Assembly (NCBI GenBank): GCA_041663145.1
Contig: JBAZRG010000001.1
Span: 254,984-318,983 of the forward strand
DNA: 64,000 nt
Source of the DNA: Minisyncoccota bacterium
GTDB taxonomy: Bacteria > Patescibacteriota > Minisyncoccia > Phycocordibacterales > PALSA-1337
Direction: 5' to 3'
The notes under the pieces are model-generated. The model saw nothing but the letters and a program-made list of their open reading frames with translations. It was not told the origin of the DNA and did no database searches. Shown piece by piece: positions 11,090 to 21,406 of the stretch. Position 1 is the first letter of the stretch. Every line of letters starts with the position of its first letter. The position numbers were made by a program, and so were the translations under genes.

Positions 11090-12064
11090 TTATTCTTCAT
11101 CGTTCCCTGCCTTTCCAGTCTTCTCATACTCGTGCAAGGCTTCGATGATCGGCGTTAATTTTCCAGACATGATGATTGGAAGATTGTGCCATGATTGCTT
11201 GATCCTATGATCGGTAATACGGTCTTGGGGATAATTGTACGTGCGTATTTTCTCTGATCTATCACCAGTACCGATCTGACCTTTGCGATTCGAAGCAAAT
11301 TTCTTGGCTTCCTCCTCCTCTTTGCGGGCCGCCAATTTCGCGACCAAAATCTCCATTGCCCTTTCGCGATTGGCTGATTGACTACGCTGAACTGTCGAGC
11401 GCACATCTAGACCGGTCGGTATATGAATGATTCTAACGGCAGATTCGACTTTGTTCACATTCTGACCACCCTTTCCACCCGATCTAGAAAATTCCATTTC
11501 AAATTCGGCTGGATTGATCTCAAAAGCCACTTTCTTTCTGATTGGCATAATGGCTATCGAAGCCGTTGAGGTATGTATACGGCCTGACTTTTCCGTCTCT
11601 GGTACACGTTGAACACGATGCACACCTGTCTCCCAGCGAAGATCGTCATAAACACCAACACCCTTGATCTCAAGTGAAGCGTCTTTGTAACCGCCAATAT
11701 CATTTCTCGATGATTCGGTTATTTTTGCTGACCAGCCTTTCGATTCGGCATATGCCTTGTACATCTCCAACAGCTCAGCCGCGAACAAAGCGGCTTCATC
11801 GCCACCGGCTCCGGCTCGAACTTCCAAAATTATTTCTTTGGGATTTTCTATCTCTTCTTTCTCACCTTCAACGATGGCTGATATTTGTTCTTCCAAATTT
11901 TTCTTTTGCTCCAAAATAGAGACAAGATCACTTTCTACCAACTCCTTTAGTGAAGGATCCTTTTCCAACATAGCACGAACTTCATTCTCGTCCTTAACGA
12001 GCTTTTCATACAAACCGACTAGAAAAGCGGTTTTCGGGTTTGATTTATGGAGTTCAATATTCAT
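11090..12064 (-). CDS. prfA: peptide chain release factor 1
   Basis: 324 aa; GGQ motif, RF1-type tripeptide region (QRVPETEKSGRIHTS). Confidence 0.85.
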   Translation of the reverse strand: MNIELHKSNPKTAFLVGLYEKLVKDENEVRAMLEKDPSLKELVESDLVSILEQKKNLEEQISAIVEGEKEEIENPKEIILEVRAGAGGDEAALFAAELLEMYKAYAESKGWSAKITESSRNDIGGYKDASLEIKGVGVYDDLRWETGVHRVQRVPETEKSGRIHTSTASIAIMPIRKKVAFEINPAEFEMEFSRSGGKGGQNVNKVESAVRIIHIPTGLDVRSTVQRSQSANRERAMEILVAKLAARKEEEEAKKFASNRKGQIGTGDRSEKIRTYNYPQDRITDHRIKQSWHNLPIIMSGKLTPIIEALHEYEKTGKAGNDEE

Positions 12065-12319
12065 CTACTTCTTTGCTTTTGACTGTCTAGTTTTGAATTT
12101 CTCAACACGTCCGGCTGTGTCGATCGTCTTGTCCTGTTTTGTGTAGAAAGGATGAGAAGCACTGGAGATTTCGATGCGATGAATAGGATATTCTTTGCCG
12201 TCAGTCCACTTTTCTGTGCCTTTGGTCACGATAGTCGAAGGTATCATAAATTTTACACCGCTAGAGTTATCTGCGAATATGACTGGCCTATAGTTTTCCG
12301 GATGAATCTTTTTCTTCAT
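12065..12319 (-). CDS. rpmE: 50S ribosomal protein L31
   Basis: 84 aa; MKKKIHPENY...HPFYT pattern; directly upstream of prfA. Confidence 0.85.
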   Translation of the reverse strand: MKKKIHPENYRPVIFADNSSGVKFMIPSTIVTKGTEKWTDGKEYPIHRIEISSASHPFYTKQDKTIDTAGRVEKFKTRQSKAKK

Positions 12320-12382
12320 AATGTTAACAAATTACCATATTCTGCAGTACTTTTGCAAGTCTGTTATAATATAGGGACGAAT

Positions 12383-13561
12383 ATGCACATTACATCTACA
12401 AGAGTTTCCCGCTCTCATATTATTTACACCATAGCAGCAATCGGTTTTATATACGTTCTACATTCAGCTATTCCTATATATTCGAACTCTAGTTTCCTAC
12501 AATTATTCGCTAATGAGTGGACTGTCGGCCTCATATATATGGTCGGCTCGGCTTTTTCGATTTTAGGTTTTATCATCGCGCCAACTATGATTCGCCGTTT
12601 TGGCAATTACAAAACCGCCATATTTCTAGTCTGTCTACAGATATTCCTAATGTACGGACTTATAAGTTCGATCAGTCCGTATGCTATTGCTTTATTCTTT
12701 GCTTTACAGATGGCAGTCATTTCACTTATTGGATTGACTATAGACATATTCCTTGAAGTTTACACTGACGCTTCATCTGTAGGAGCTGTCCGAGGATTCC
12801 ATACTGCTGTCCTAAATGCATCATGGGTCTTGGCTCCACTTATCGGCTCTCTCTTGCTAAACGGCACCAACAATTATCACAGTACCTATGTTGCCGCTTT
12901 GGCCATGCTCTTCCCTTTGCTCTATCTTATTTATCGAAATTTCCCGAGGTTCAAAGACCCAAACTATACACATCTCTCGCCTTGGCAATTAATAAAACAT
13001 ATTTCTTCAAACACAGATTGGACTAAACTATTTGCAGCCAACGTAATTCTCCAAACATTCTATTCTTGGATGGTCATATACAGTCCGATATATCTAAATA
13101 AGACTATCGGCTTTGGTTGGGCGGAAATCGGTATTATATTCGTGGTCATGCTCATACCTTTCCCACTCATCCAATATCCACTTGGACTCTTGGCTGATCG
13201 AAAATACGGCGAAAAAGAAATGCTAGCAATCGGTTTTGCTATTATGGGTATAACAACGATGTTTTTGTCCTTGGTCACAGTGAGTTCCGTCGTTCTGTGG
13301 GCATCTCTACTCCTGCTCACTAGGATCGGTGCGGCATCGGCCGAGATAATGATGGAAGTTTACTTTTTCAAAACTGTTCCAACCCGAGATTCGTCTGTCT
13401 TGGGTTCGTTCCGCATCACTCGACCAGTTTCGTATTTTCTAGCACCTTTGATCATGATGATCGGTCTTCTATTCACAACTGATCAATACATGTTCGTGGT
13501 TATTGGAGCAATGTGTCTAGTCGGACTGATCCCGGCACTTACGATAAAGGATACGAGATGA
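12383..13561 (+). CDS. MFS transporter
   Basis: About 12 TM helices; start placed at Met 78 of the ORF (12383) because the ORF-track start overlaps rpmE; -10-like TGTTATAAT upstream. Confidence 0.7.
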   Translation: MHITSTRVSRSHIIYTIAAIGFIYVLHSAIPIYSNSSFLQLFANEWTVGLIYMVGSAFSILGFIIAPTMIRRFGNYKTAIFLVCLQIFLMYGLISSISPYAIALFFALQMAVISLIGLTIDIFLEVYTDASSVGAVRGFHTAVLNASWVLAPLIGSLLLNGTNNYHSTYVAALAMLFPLLYLIYRNFPRFKDPNYTHLSPWQLIKHISSNTDWTKLFAANVILQTFYSWMVIYSPIYLNKTIGFGWAEIGIIFVVMLIPFPLIQYPLGLLADRKYGEKEMLAIGFAIMGITTMFLSLVTVSSVVLWASLLLLTRIGAASAEIMMEVYFFKTVPTRDSSVLGSFRITRPVSYFLAPLIMMIGLLFTTDQYMFVVIGAMCLVGLIPALTIKDTR

Positions 13562-13571
13562 GAGTATCGTA

Positions 13572-13740
13572 ACCCCCCCCCACCACACCTTAATTTGTTT
13601 TCCTCGAACTCTACTCACAATATACCAACATTTTCACAAAGGACTCTCTACAGGGATTCGCGAGTCCTTTGGAAAATGTGTTGGTATATTGTTTCGCAGA
13701 TTATTCTCGGAATACAAATTAAGATGTGGTGGGGGGGTTA
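13572..13740. repeat. about 170 bp nested imperfect palindrome with 27 bp terminal inverted repeats (poly-C / poly-G ends)
   Basis: AACCCCCCCCCACCACACCTTAATTTGT ... ACAAATTAAGATGTGGTGGGGGGGTT; internal perfect 22 bp IR (CCAACATTTTCACAAAGGACTC/GAGTCCTTTGGAAAATGTGTTGG). Confidence 0.7.
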
Positions 13741-13795
13741 ATTCACATTCAATAGAAACAAACCTCATGCTATAATAATCGCTATTAAATCATAA

Positions 13796-15094
<1,299 letters not shown>

Positions 15095-15315
15095 ATCACA
15101 ATCCACAACTTATACCGAGTTATGAACAGTTTATCCAGAGAATTATCCAGAATTTTTGTTTGACTTTTTATCTCACTCGACTAAACTGACTACAGGCACA
15201 CTTACAGGAGAGGATCCTAAATATCCATATAGGAGTCCACAACAATGCGACCTAGTCGCTTCAGGACACCACCTACAATTTCGCGATTACTCTCCATGTA
15301 CCGGTGGCCATTATG

Positions 15316-15347
15316 GCAAAACATCCCGCTTCGGCGGGATGTTTTGC
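15316..15347. other. 12-13 bp stem with UUCG tetraloop inside GC-rich non-coding region
   Basis: GCAAAACATCCCGC-TTCG-GCGGGATGTTTTGC; no flanking U-run. Confidence 0.5.
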
Positions 15348-15698
15348 GCACGCACCAATTTGCACTAGCTCGCGTTAACCTAAAATACTCCCAATACTAC
15401 ACTGTTGGAGGAGTTTCGGGTGTTGTCGGCTGTGTTGGAGCCGTATTTGGCTGTTTTGCCATGTTATTAAAAGCGGGTTGATTAGCTCCCGCACAGTCGC
15501 GCCTAATTGCGCAACGGAGATGATTATATCATCGGGTCAATATGATCCAGCTTTGCCTCAGAAAATTGACATCTCGTCAAAACGATAGTCCAATTCTGGC
15601 TTCATTTCGTACTCCTACGGCATGATGTAATTTGTCTAAAAATTTCGACATGTCTATATGGTTCCAGTCAATAAATAACGATGGAATATTTATATATA

Positions 15699-15844
15699 GA
15701 CCCCAACATAATGTTCCCGCCACAATCCTGCGTAATCGCTTCTCAAATTACAGCCGTGTTTGGTTCCAGGGCTTCACCAAACACGGGTAATTTTTCGAAG
15801 CTCAATCGCAACTCGGATTGTTTCGGGAACATTATGTTGGGGTC
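15699..15844. mobile_element. MITE copy A (inverted relative to copies B and C)
   Basis: GACCCCAACATAATGTTCCCG 21 bp terminal inverted repeats; about 95% identical to the reverse complement of copies at 42332 and 57773. Confidence 0.8.
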
Positions 15845-15857
15845 TTACGATAACCAA

Positions 15858-16604
15858 TTACTTGACCTTACCCTGATTCTTAACTGTCTCCATCGCCTGT
15901 TCCAATACAGCCTCGTCGGCAAGATAGTGTTTTGATATAGGCTTCATATCGGCATCCAATTCATAGACCAAAGGAATACCAGTAGGAATATTTAGTCCAA
16001 CAATATCTGTATCGGACATATTATCTAGGTGTTTTACAAGAGCTCGTAGACTATTTCCCGAAGCGGCGATGATAATCTTTTTGCCACTCTTTATCTCTGG
16101 AACAATTTCATTATTCCAATACGGCAATACCCTAGTCACAACATCTTTCAGATTTTCCGAAAGTGGTATGTCTTTTTTATCCAAATCTTTATAGAGAGAG
16201 TCGTTGGCAAAGAAATATTGACTATCGGGCTTCATAGGCGGAATAGCTGTATCATATCCTCGTCTCCAAAGTTCTACTTGCTTCTCACCAAACTCCGATG
16301 CCGTCTCGGCCTTATTGAGACCAGTCAAAGCTCCATAGTGTCTCTCATTTAGTCTCCAGGATTTACGAATCTCGATTCCCTTTTCATCGAGTTCTTCTAG
16401 AACGATATCGAGTGTCCTTACCGCACGCTTCAACAATGAAGTAAAAGCCAAGTCAAAAGTAAATCCAGCCTCTCGCAAGGATCGTCCGGCTGTATGTGCC
16501 TCACTCACACCCTGTTCTGTAAGATCGACATCAACCCAACCAGTAAACCTATTCTCTTTATTCCACTGACTTTGTCCGTGGCGAATCAAAATTATTTTAT
16601 ACAT
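15858..16604 (-). CDS. gpmA: 2,3-bisphosphoglycerate-dependent phosphoglycerate mutase
   Basis: 248 aa; RHGQSQWN catalytic His motif. Confidence 0.9.
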   Translation of the reverse strand: MYKIILIRHGQSQWNKENRFTGWVDVDLTEQGVSEAHTAGRSLREAGFTFDLAFTSLLKRAVRTLDIVLEELDEKGIEIRKSWRLNERHYGALTGLNKAETASEFGEKQVELWRRGYDTAIPPMKPDSQYFFANDSLYKDLDKKDIPLSENLKDVVTRVLPYWNNEIVPEIKSGKKIIIAASGNSLRALVKHLDNMSDTDIVGLNIPTGIPLVYELDADMKPISKHYLADEAVLEQAMETVKNQGKVK

Positions 16605-16627
16605 ATAAACATATTACATATTTATTA

Positions 16628-18016
16628 TTAATTTTCCAAGCTGTAAGTACTGCAAGTACTGTTGCGAAGATCGTTGTACGAATCAGTCAATTCTCCTGAT
16701 TTGTCTTTTCGAATCAAAAACACACTTACATATCTGACTATAAGTATCGACACGGTAGCCATGAGGACACCTAGGGCCCAGCCAGCCAAAACATCTGATG
16801 CAAAATGGACATTCAAGACCAATCGAGACAAACCAATGACTATGATCGCCAAGGCGGCAATAACGGTAAGTAATTCCCTCCACAACTGTTTGTTGATTCG
16901 CGGTGAAAAGAGATAGGCAAAAACAACAAAGAAACAAGCAGCCATAGCGGCATGACCAGATGGAAAACTTGGATCACCAAGAATGATTCTCAAAGCATTG
17001 GCTGGACGGTCAATGTCAAAAAATGACTTCATGAGCCCCAAAGCTATGCCGGTAAGATCGATAGCCAAAAACATGATGACGGCACTACGCCACTTCTGAC
17101 GAAAGATAAAATACAGACCGATTATGATCCCAAGACTTCCAGTAACGATCACTCCACCTACAGTCGAAATAATATTGGCTATGTACACTATAGGAGGCCA
17201 AAATGTTTGGAGAGCAACCATCTTTAGATTGACCCAAACATCAAAACCAAGATGAAATGATGTCTCCCTAAGAACATCTATAATACCAACTAGTGATATG
17301 AGCGAAGTAATACAGAGAATAAGCGTAAAAAGTTCATATCTTCTGAATATATGAATACGGGCATTCACAAATCTATATCCCCATATTATAAGAGCTACAA
17401 AGATGATTGCCACCAATACGAGGCGCCCAACATAACCGGATATGGCATGGTATCCAGCACCAAAAATATATCCTATCAAAACCGAAGAAATCACCCACAA
17501 TAATGCGCCAATAATATTAAAAAACCAAAATTTACCAGCTGAAGTTTTGCTGGCACCAACCATGAATGGCAAAATAGGACGAGTGGCAGGCGTAAAACGT
17601 CCAATGATCATTGCCTTGCCTGTATGTTGATCTAAAATCTTTCGAGCTTTATCTAAATGCAGATCTGTAATGCCGAAATACGGACGAATCCTGTCTATAA
17701 ATGCCATTCCGTACTTTCTTCCAATAAAGTAACCGATAAAATCCCCTATCATTGCTCCGATAGAGGCCACAATGATGACCGTCCAGAAATCCAAAAGACC
17801 AATTTTGACGAAAAAACCGGCCATCATTATAAATATTTGACCAGGCACCGCCAGACCGATAATTGGGATTCCTTCGATTATGGATAATATAAAAAGTAAA
17901 AAATAACCTCCATGGGAGATGATAGTTTCTATGTTTGAGACAACGGAAACGAATAAATGGGCAAAAGGCATTGCGCTATTATAGCACGGCATGATACAAT
18001 GCGAGTGATTAAACAA
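16628..18016 (-). CDS. DedA-family / PAP2 phosphatase fusion membrane protein
   Basis: N-terminal DedA/SNARE-associated region; C-terminal PAP2 motifs KxxxxxxRP, PSGH, SRxxxxxHxxxD; start may be Met16 (17971). Confidence 0.7.
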   Translation of the reverse strand: MFNHSHCIMPCYNSAMPFAHLFVSVVSNIETIISHGGYFLLFILSIIEGIPIIGLAVPGQIFIMMAGFFVKIGLLDFWTVIIVASIGAMIGDFIGYFIGRKYGMAFIDRIRPYFGITDLHLDKARKILDQHTGKAMIIGRFTPATRPILPFMVGASKTSAGKFWFFNIIGALLWVISSVLIGYIFGAGYHAISGYVGRLVLVAIIFVALIIWGYRFVNARIHIFRRYELFTLILCITSLISLVGIIDVLRETSFHLGFDVWVNLKMVALQTFWPPIVYIANIISTVGGVIVTGSLGIIIGLYFIFRQKWRSAVIMFLAIDLTGIALGLMKSFFDIDRPANALRIILGDPSFPSGHAAMAACFFVVFAYLFSPRINKQLWRELLTVIAALAIIVIGLSRLVLNVHFASDVLAGWALGVLMATVSILIVRYVSVFLIRKDKSGELTDSYNDLRNSTCSTYSLEN

Positions 18017-18063
18017 TCACAATTTAGATTGTATGTGTTTTAATAGTAAAAAATAAAAAAATA

Positions 18064-18300
18064 ATGAAAAACGTCACTATTTATTCGACTCCAACTTGTG
18101 TCTACTGCAATATGGCCAAGACTTTCTTCAAGGCCAACGATGTCGCCTTTACCGAATACGATGTCGCAAGTGATATCACCAAGCGCAAAGAGATGATCGA
18201 CAAAACAGGTCAGATGGGTGTGCCCGTCATCGATACCGGAAGTGAGATTATCGTCGGTTTTGACGAATCAAGACTCCGAACCATTCTCGGGATTAAGTAA
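18064..18300 (+). CDS. glutaredoxin-like protein (NrdH/thioredoxin fold, CVYC active site)
   Basis: 78 aa; YSTPTCVYCNMAK. Confidence 0.8.
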   Translation: MKNVTIYSTPTCVYCNMAKTFFKANDVAFTEYDVASDITKRKEMIDKTGQMGVPVIDTGSEIIVGFDESRLRTILGIK

Positions 18301-18320
18301 AGTCCGCAATGATCCGTATC

Positions 18321-18348
18321 AAAAATTGCCTAATGTGGGCAATTTTTT
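18321..18348 (+). terminator. rho-independent terminator of the glutaredoxin-like gene
   Basis: AAAAATTGCC-taatgtg-GGCAATTTTTT. Confidence 0.6.
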
Positions 18349-18414
18349 GGTAGAAATGAAAAGAGCCCGCAAGGTGAGTCGTAAACTCTTTCCTTGCAGA
18401 CTCTTGATTGTGGC

Positions 18415-18855
18415 TTAGGTTGACGCCTCAGGTTTACTGTTCAAGAACTTTTGAACAGTTAGTCCTCGAGCTTTCGCACAATATTCAACATCCTTCGGAA
18501 ACAGAGGTTCCTCGCGCCTGTCTACAAAGGATGAACCTACCCATACCATTTTAAATTCGCCGACGACTGTATTGCAAATGTGAGTGGATGAATCACTGCC
18601 CACTCTCACTACATCAGCCTTCTCGAACGAACCGTAATACCATTTTTCTTCAAGCTGAAACTGAATTCTGGCGAAGTCCGTAATTCGATATTCAATATCG
18701 AATTCATCGTCTCCGGCAAATATTCCTGCACGTCCCGTATTCATATCCAATTGGTAGAACGAGACGCGCTTGCCAATTTGGACTTCCAACGCTCTACGAA
18801 GCATCTCCATATGGATGCAAGATACTTCAGTAAGCACAGGGAATATTTTTCTCAT
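18415..18855 (-). CDS. hypothetical protein (first gene downstream of R1 promoter module)
   Basis: 146 aa from internal Met preceded by AGGAG; intermediate GC; no family recognised. Confidence 0.45.
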   Translation of the reverse strand: MRKIFPVLTEVSCIHMEMLRRALEVQIGKRVSFYQLDMNTGRAGIFAGDDEFDIEYRITDFARIQFQLEEKWYYGSFEKADVVRVGSDSSTHICNTVVGEFKMVWVGSSFVDRREEPLFPKDVEYCAKARGLTVQKFLNSKPEAST

Positions 18856-18922
18856 ATTTTCTCCTAATTCAAGGTGAAGGAGATTGATTTCTCCTAGTAT
18901 CACGTTCTGTGATTCCGAAAGT

Positions 18923-19030
18923 ACTATAGCATATGCATGAGTGGGTTGTCAATACTTTGACGATTCCGTCAAATATGTGCCATGGTATGGCTCTGTTAAG
19001 ACACTCTGTAAACCACGGTCGTGATTCGCC
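18923..19030 (-). repeat. R1: conserved ~105 nt promoter/operator module (copy 1 of 3)
   Basis: On minus strand TTGACA-18-TGnTATAGT; upstream palindrome TTTGACGATTCCGTCAAA; about 90% identical to R2 and R3. Confidence 0.6.
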
Positions 19031-19058
19031 TACTACCAATTATATTTACCATACGCAG

Positions 19059-19089
19059 AAAACCCACACGATTTCGTCATGTGGGTTTT
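19059..19089. terminator. bidirectional hairpin terminator
   Basis: AAAACCCACA-cgatttcgtca-TGTGGGTTTT with A-run/T-run on both sides. Confidence 0.5.
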
Positions 19090-19187
19090 GAATGTCAGCG
19101 GCTCATTCCATGCCGAGTGGTTAAACCACCAGATTTTTAGGGCTAAGGTCACAGTACACAAAGTGCATAGTAACAAAACCCATAATG

Positions 19188-19634
19188 CTAACTTGCGAAG
19201 CGCAGAGCCGGGCTGGCGTCGGGCCAGCGGCTGATAAGATCGTGCCAGCCTTGGACGACCTTGTCATCGAGCTCGCAGAGATACGGGACTTTGAGGTCGT
19301 CATCGTGGCGACTCATCACAACTCCCTTCCAGCCGCAGACATATTTACTCTTGAAGTATTTCCGAAAAAATACGATGCCTTTCTTTTGGATTTCTTCGAG
19401 ATCGCGCAGTCCCAAACAGGTCTTGAGTATGCCGTTCTTTTTGAGGTAGACATAGAGTTGGTTACCTCCTATTCGCTTATCTTGTTTCTGTTTGTCATGG
19501 AGCCACTGCTCCGTTTTGGTAATGTCAAACTCGGCAGGACCGGTGTTTTCCAACTCCGGATGCATAACCGTCTGCACCCAAACGGGATACGACGGACGAA
19601 TCGATCGATCTACGCAAATAATGGGATCGTTCAT
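19188..19634 (-). CDS. hypothetical protein, GC-rich cassette gene (about 58% GC)
   Basis: 148 aa; AAGGA RBS before ATG; lies downstream of R2 promoter; fully overlapping plus-strand ORF judged a GC artefact. Confidence 0.45.
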   Translation of the reverse strand: MNDPIICVDRSIRPSYPVWVQTVMHPELENTGPAEFDITKTEQWLHDKQKQDKRIGGNQLYVYLKKNGILKTCLGLRDLEEIQKKGIVFFRKYFKSKYVCGWKGVVMSRHDDDLKVPYLCELDDKVVQGWHDLISRWPDASPALRFAS

Positions 19635-19745
19635 TGACTTATCCTTTCTTTGGTTTGTTTTGGTTAAATCTAGCTCTCAAAAGACAAATTTCTACCTTTT
19701 CGGAGCTAGACTTAGCCGTTCTCAATGACCTGATCTTCTGTAATA

Positions 19746-19849
19746 AGTATAGCATTTCTAACACTATTTGTCAATACTTTGACGATTTCGTCAAATACAT
19801 GCGGTATGGCTCTGTTAAGACACTCTGTAAACCACGGTCGTGATTCGCC
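19746..19849 (-). repeat. R2: conserved promoter/operator module (copy 2 of 3)
   Basis: TTGACA-17-TGcTATACT on minus strand; perfect palindrome TTTGACGATTTCGTCAAA. Confidence 0.6.
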
Positions 19850-19871
19850 TCCTCTCCACATTCTCAATTAT

Positions 19872-20432
19872 TCAAAGTTCTGCAAGATCTCCTTTTATTA
19901 AATATTTTTCAATCTTGCTGACTTCTTCTGAGACTTTCTCTTTTCCTAACTCTGATTCCATCCAATTATTTCTATCAAAATCATACTGAGGTGACTTGTA
20001 CGGCGCAGCTTTGAGTATTATATGATTTGGTACATGCTTTTTTAATGTCATCAAAACCCTGCGAGAATGATAGTTTTTCATTATAGCCGTGATCGCATTT
20101 ACATTCTCCAAGCCAAGCTCTTTATCGATAAGGGCAAGTGAAAATAATACATTTTCGAGAGTGTTTGTTGATCTATTTTCAATGTAAATATCCTCAGATG
20201 CAATGCCTGATTTTATTGCTTCATTTGCCATTGACTCGCTTTCAACCATGCCTGAATTCTCATTAAGCCCACCACTAAAAATAATCTTTGGAACCAGTCC
20301 CCTTTTAAATATTTCTACAGCTTTCTCAACAGCACTTTTTTGCGCATTCCATGTACCAAATACCAAAGCAATATTGGCGGTAGGGTTTTCATCATCAATA
20401 AATACATATTTAGTTATTTCTTCATTTGTCAT
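19872..20432 (-). CDS. YdcF/DUF218 (ElyC/SanA-like) family protein
   Basis: 186 aa; SGG...ENRSTNTLEN pattern typical of DUF218. Confidence 0.65.
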   Translation of the reverse strand: MTNEEITKYVFIDDENPTANIALVFGTWNAQKSAVEKAVEIFKRGLVPKIIFSGGLNENSGMVESESMANEAIKSGIASEDIYIENRSTNTLENVLFSLALIDKELGLENVNAITAIMKNYHSRRVLMTLKKHVPNHIILKAAPYKSPQYDFDRNNWMESELGKEKVSEEVSKIEKYLIKGDLAEL

Positions 20433-20458
20433 GATTTGAGTATAACAATATTAGAGTG

Positions 20459-20510
20459 CCCGCACTACTTCGCAATTTGTCCTTTTAGACAAATTGCGAA
20501 GTAGTGCGGG
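20459..20510. repeat. perfect 23 bp-stem hairpin; its right arm plus TGCGGGT duplicates the tRNA-Gly trailer/3' end (DR-left)
   Basis: CCCGCACTACTTCGCAATTTGTC-ctttta-GACAAATTGCGAAGTAGTGCGGG; 39 nt (20473-20511) identical to 21933-21971. Confidence 0.8.
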
Positions 20511-20625
20511 TTGTGGTACGAAGTTGGATCCTTTTTGGCATTGAAGACTTTAGCATAAAAGGAAAACCGCATCGATCGAGATGCGGCTTGAAGATTTTAG
20601 CGAGTTCTTCAACTCGGTAGATAAA

Positions 20626-21246
20626 CTACTTGCGACGTTGGAAAATCCAACGGTCGTCAAACCGGGCAGACTGCTCGCTTGGACGAACAAAGGGTTGGTC
20701 ATCCTCGTGTTCGAACCTGATGAGTTCGAAAACACTCGGACGCCGAATTTTGTCGAACAAGGGCTCCATCGCAATCCGGACACACTCGTTTCGCGGCTGA
20801 TCCATGTATTGGAGACGCAATTCCAGTCCAATCTCGGCAGTGCAGAGATCAAGACCCTTCTTGGAAGCCGCCGCATAAAACTGTTGAACAGGGATTCTCT
20901 CGTTGCGGAAGTCGAGACCGACTTCAAGCGGCGAGGCCGAGACCAGTTCGACACAGGTCGGCTGCTTGCACATGGGAAACCGTTTGAGGGTAACCATGTC
21001 GAGCGCGTCCGATGTCAGGCCGCATTTGGCGAAGTTAAGGGCCGCGAGCAGTTCGCCAATGGTCTGAAATCTGCCAATCTTGACGTGGCGTCCAATACGG
21101 TCCCACAAGGACCATGCGGGTGCCGGAAAGCTATCTGTTACAAAAGCTTTTCCGGAAAGGAGTTTCTCAACTCCTTCGAGGCCGCCGATCATATTGATGA
21201 CCGCTTCCATGCAACCCCAATCCATTTTACCGTATTTCATCTGCAT
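20626..21246 (-). CDS. hypothetical protein, GC-rich cassette gene (about 52% GC)
   Basis: 206 aa; downstream of R3 promoter; alternative plus-strand ORF 20581..21261 cannot be fully excluded. Confidence 0.4.
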   Translation of the reverse strand: MQMKYGKMDWGCMEAVINMIGGLEGVEKLLSGKAFVTDSFPAPAWSLWDRIGRHVKIGRFQTIGELLAALNFAKCGLTSDALDMVTLKRFPMCKQPTCVELVSASPLEVGLDFRNERIPVQQFYAAASKKGLDLCTAEIGLELRLQYMDQPRNECVRIAMEPLFDKIRRPSVFELIRFEHEDDQPFVRPSEQSARFDDRWIFQRRK

Positions 21247-21406
21247 CCTTTCTTCACCTGATAGGTGACGAAATTCGTGCTGCCCGCACGTTGAGGGTGC
21301 CAGAGGACTAACACGTCAGTGTGTTTCGTCATAGCAGAGAATGGCCCAAACGAGCCGCTTTCTGCTATGACGAATGTAAGTAATTTCAATGACCTATACT
21401 GCTACA

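Noticed and set aside
15156-15481. ORFs 15156..15368 and 15245..15481
   Set aside because: They are overlapping frames in a GC-rich structured non-coding stretch. The composition is Cys/Arg/Pro-heavy, there is no RBS, and the region is better explained as RNA or structure.
19185-19637. Plus-strand 150 aa ORF fully overlapping the 19188..19634 minus ORF
   Set aside because: The high GC content keeps both frames open. The minus frame has a good RBS and follows the R2 promoter, whereas the plus frame has a hydrophobic low-complexity stretch.
20581-21261. Plus-strand 226 aa ORF overlapping the 20626..21246 minus ORF
   Set aside because: The situation is the same as above: the minus frame is co-oriented with the R3 promoter. 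This is not firmly excluded.
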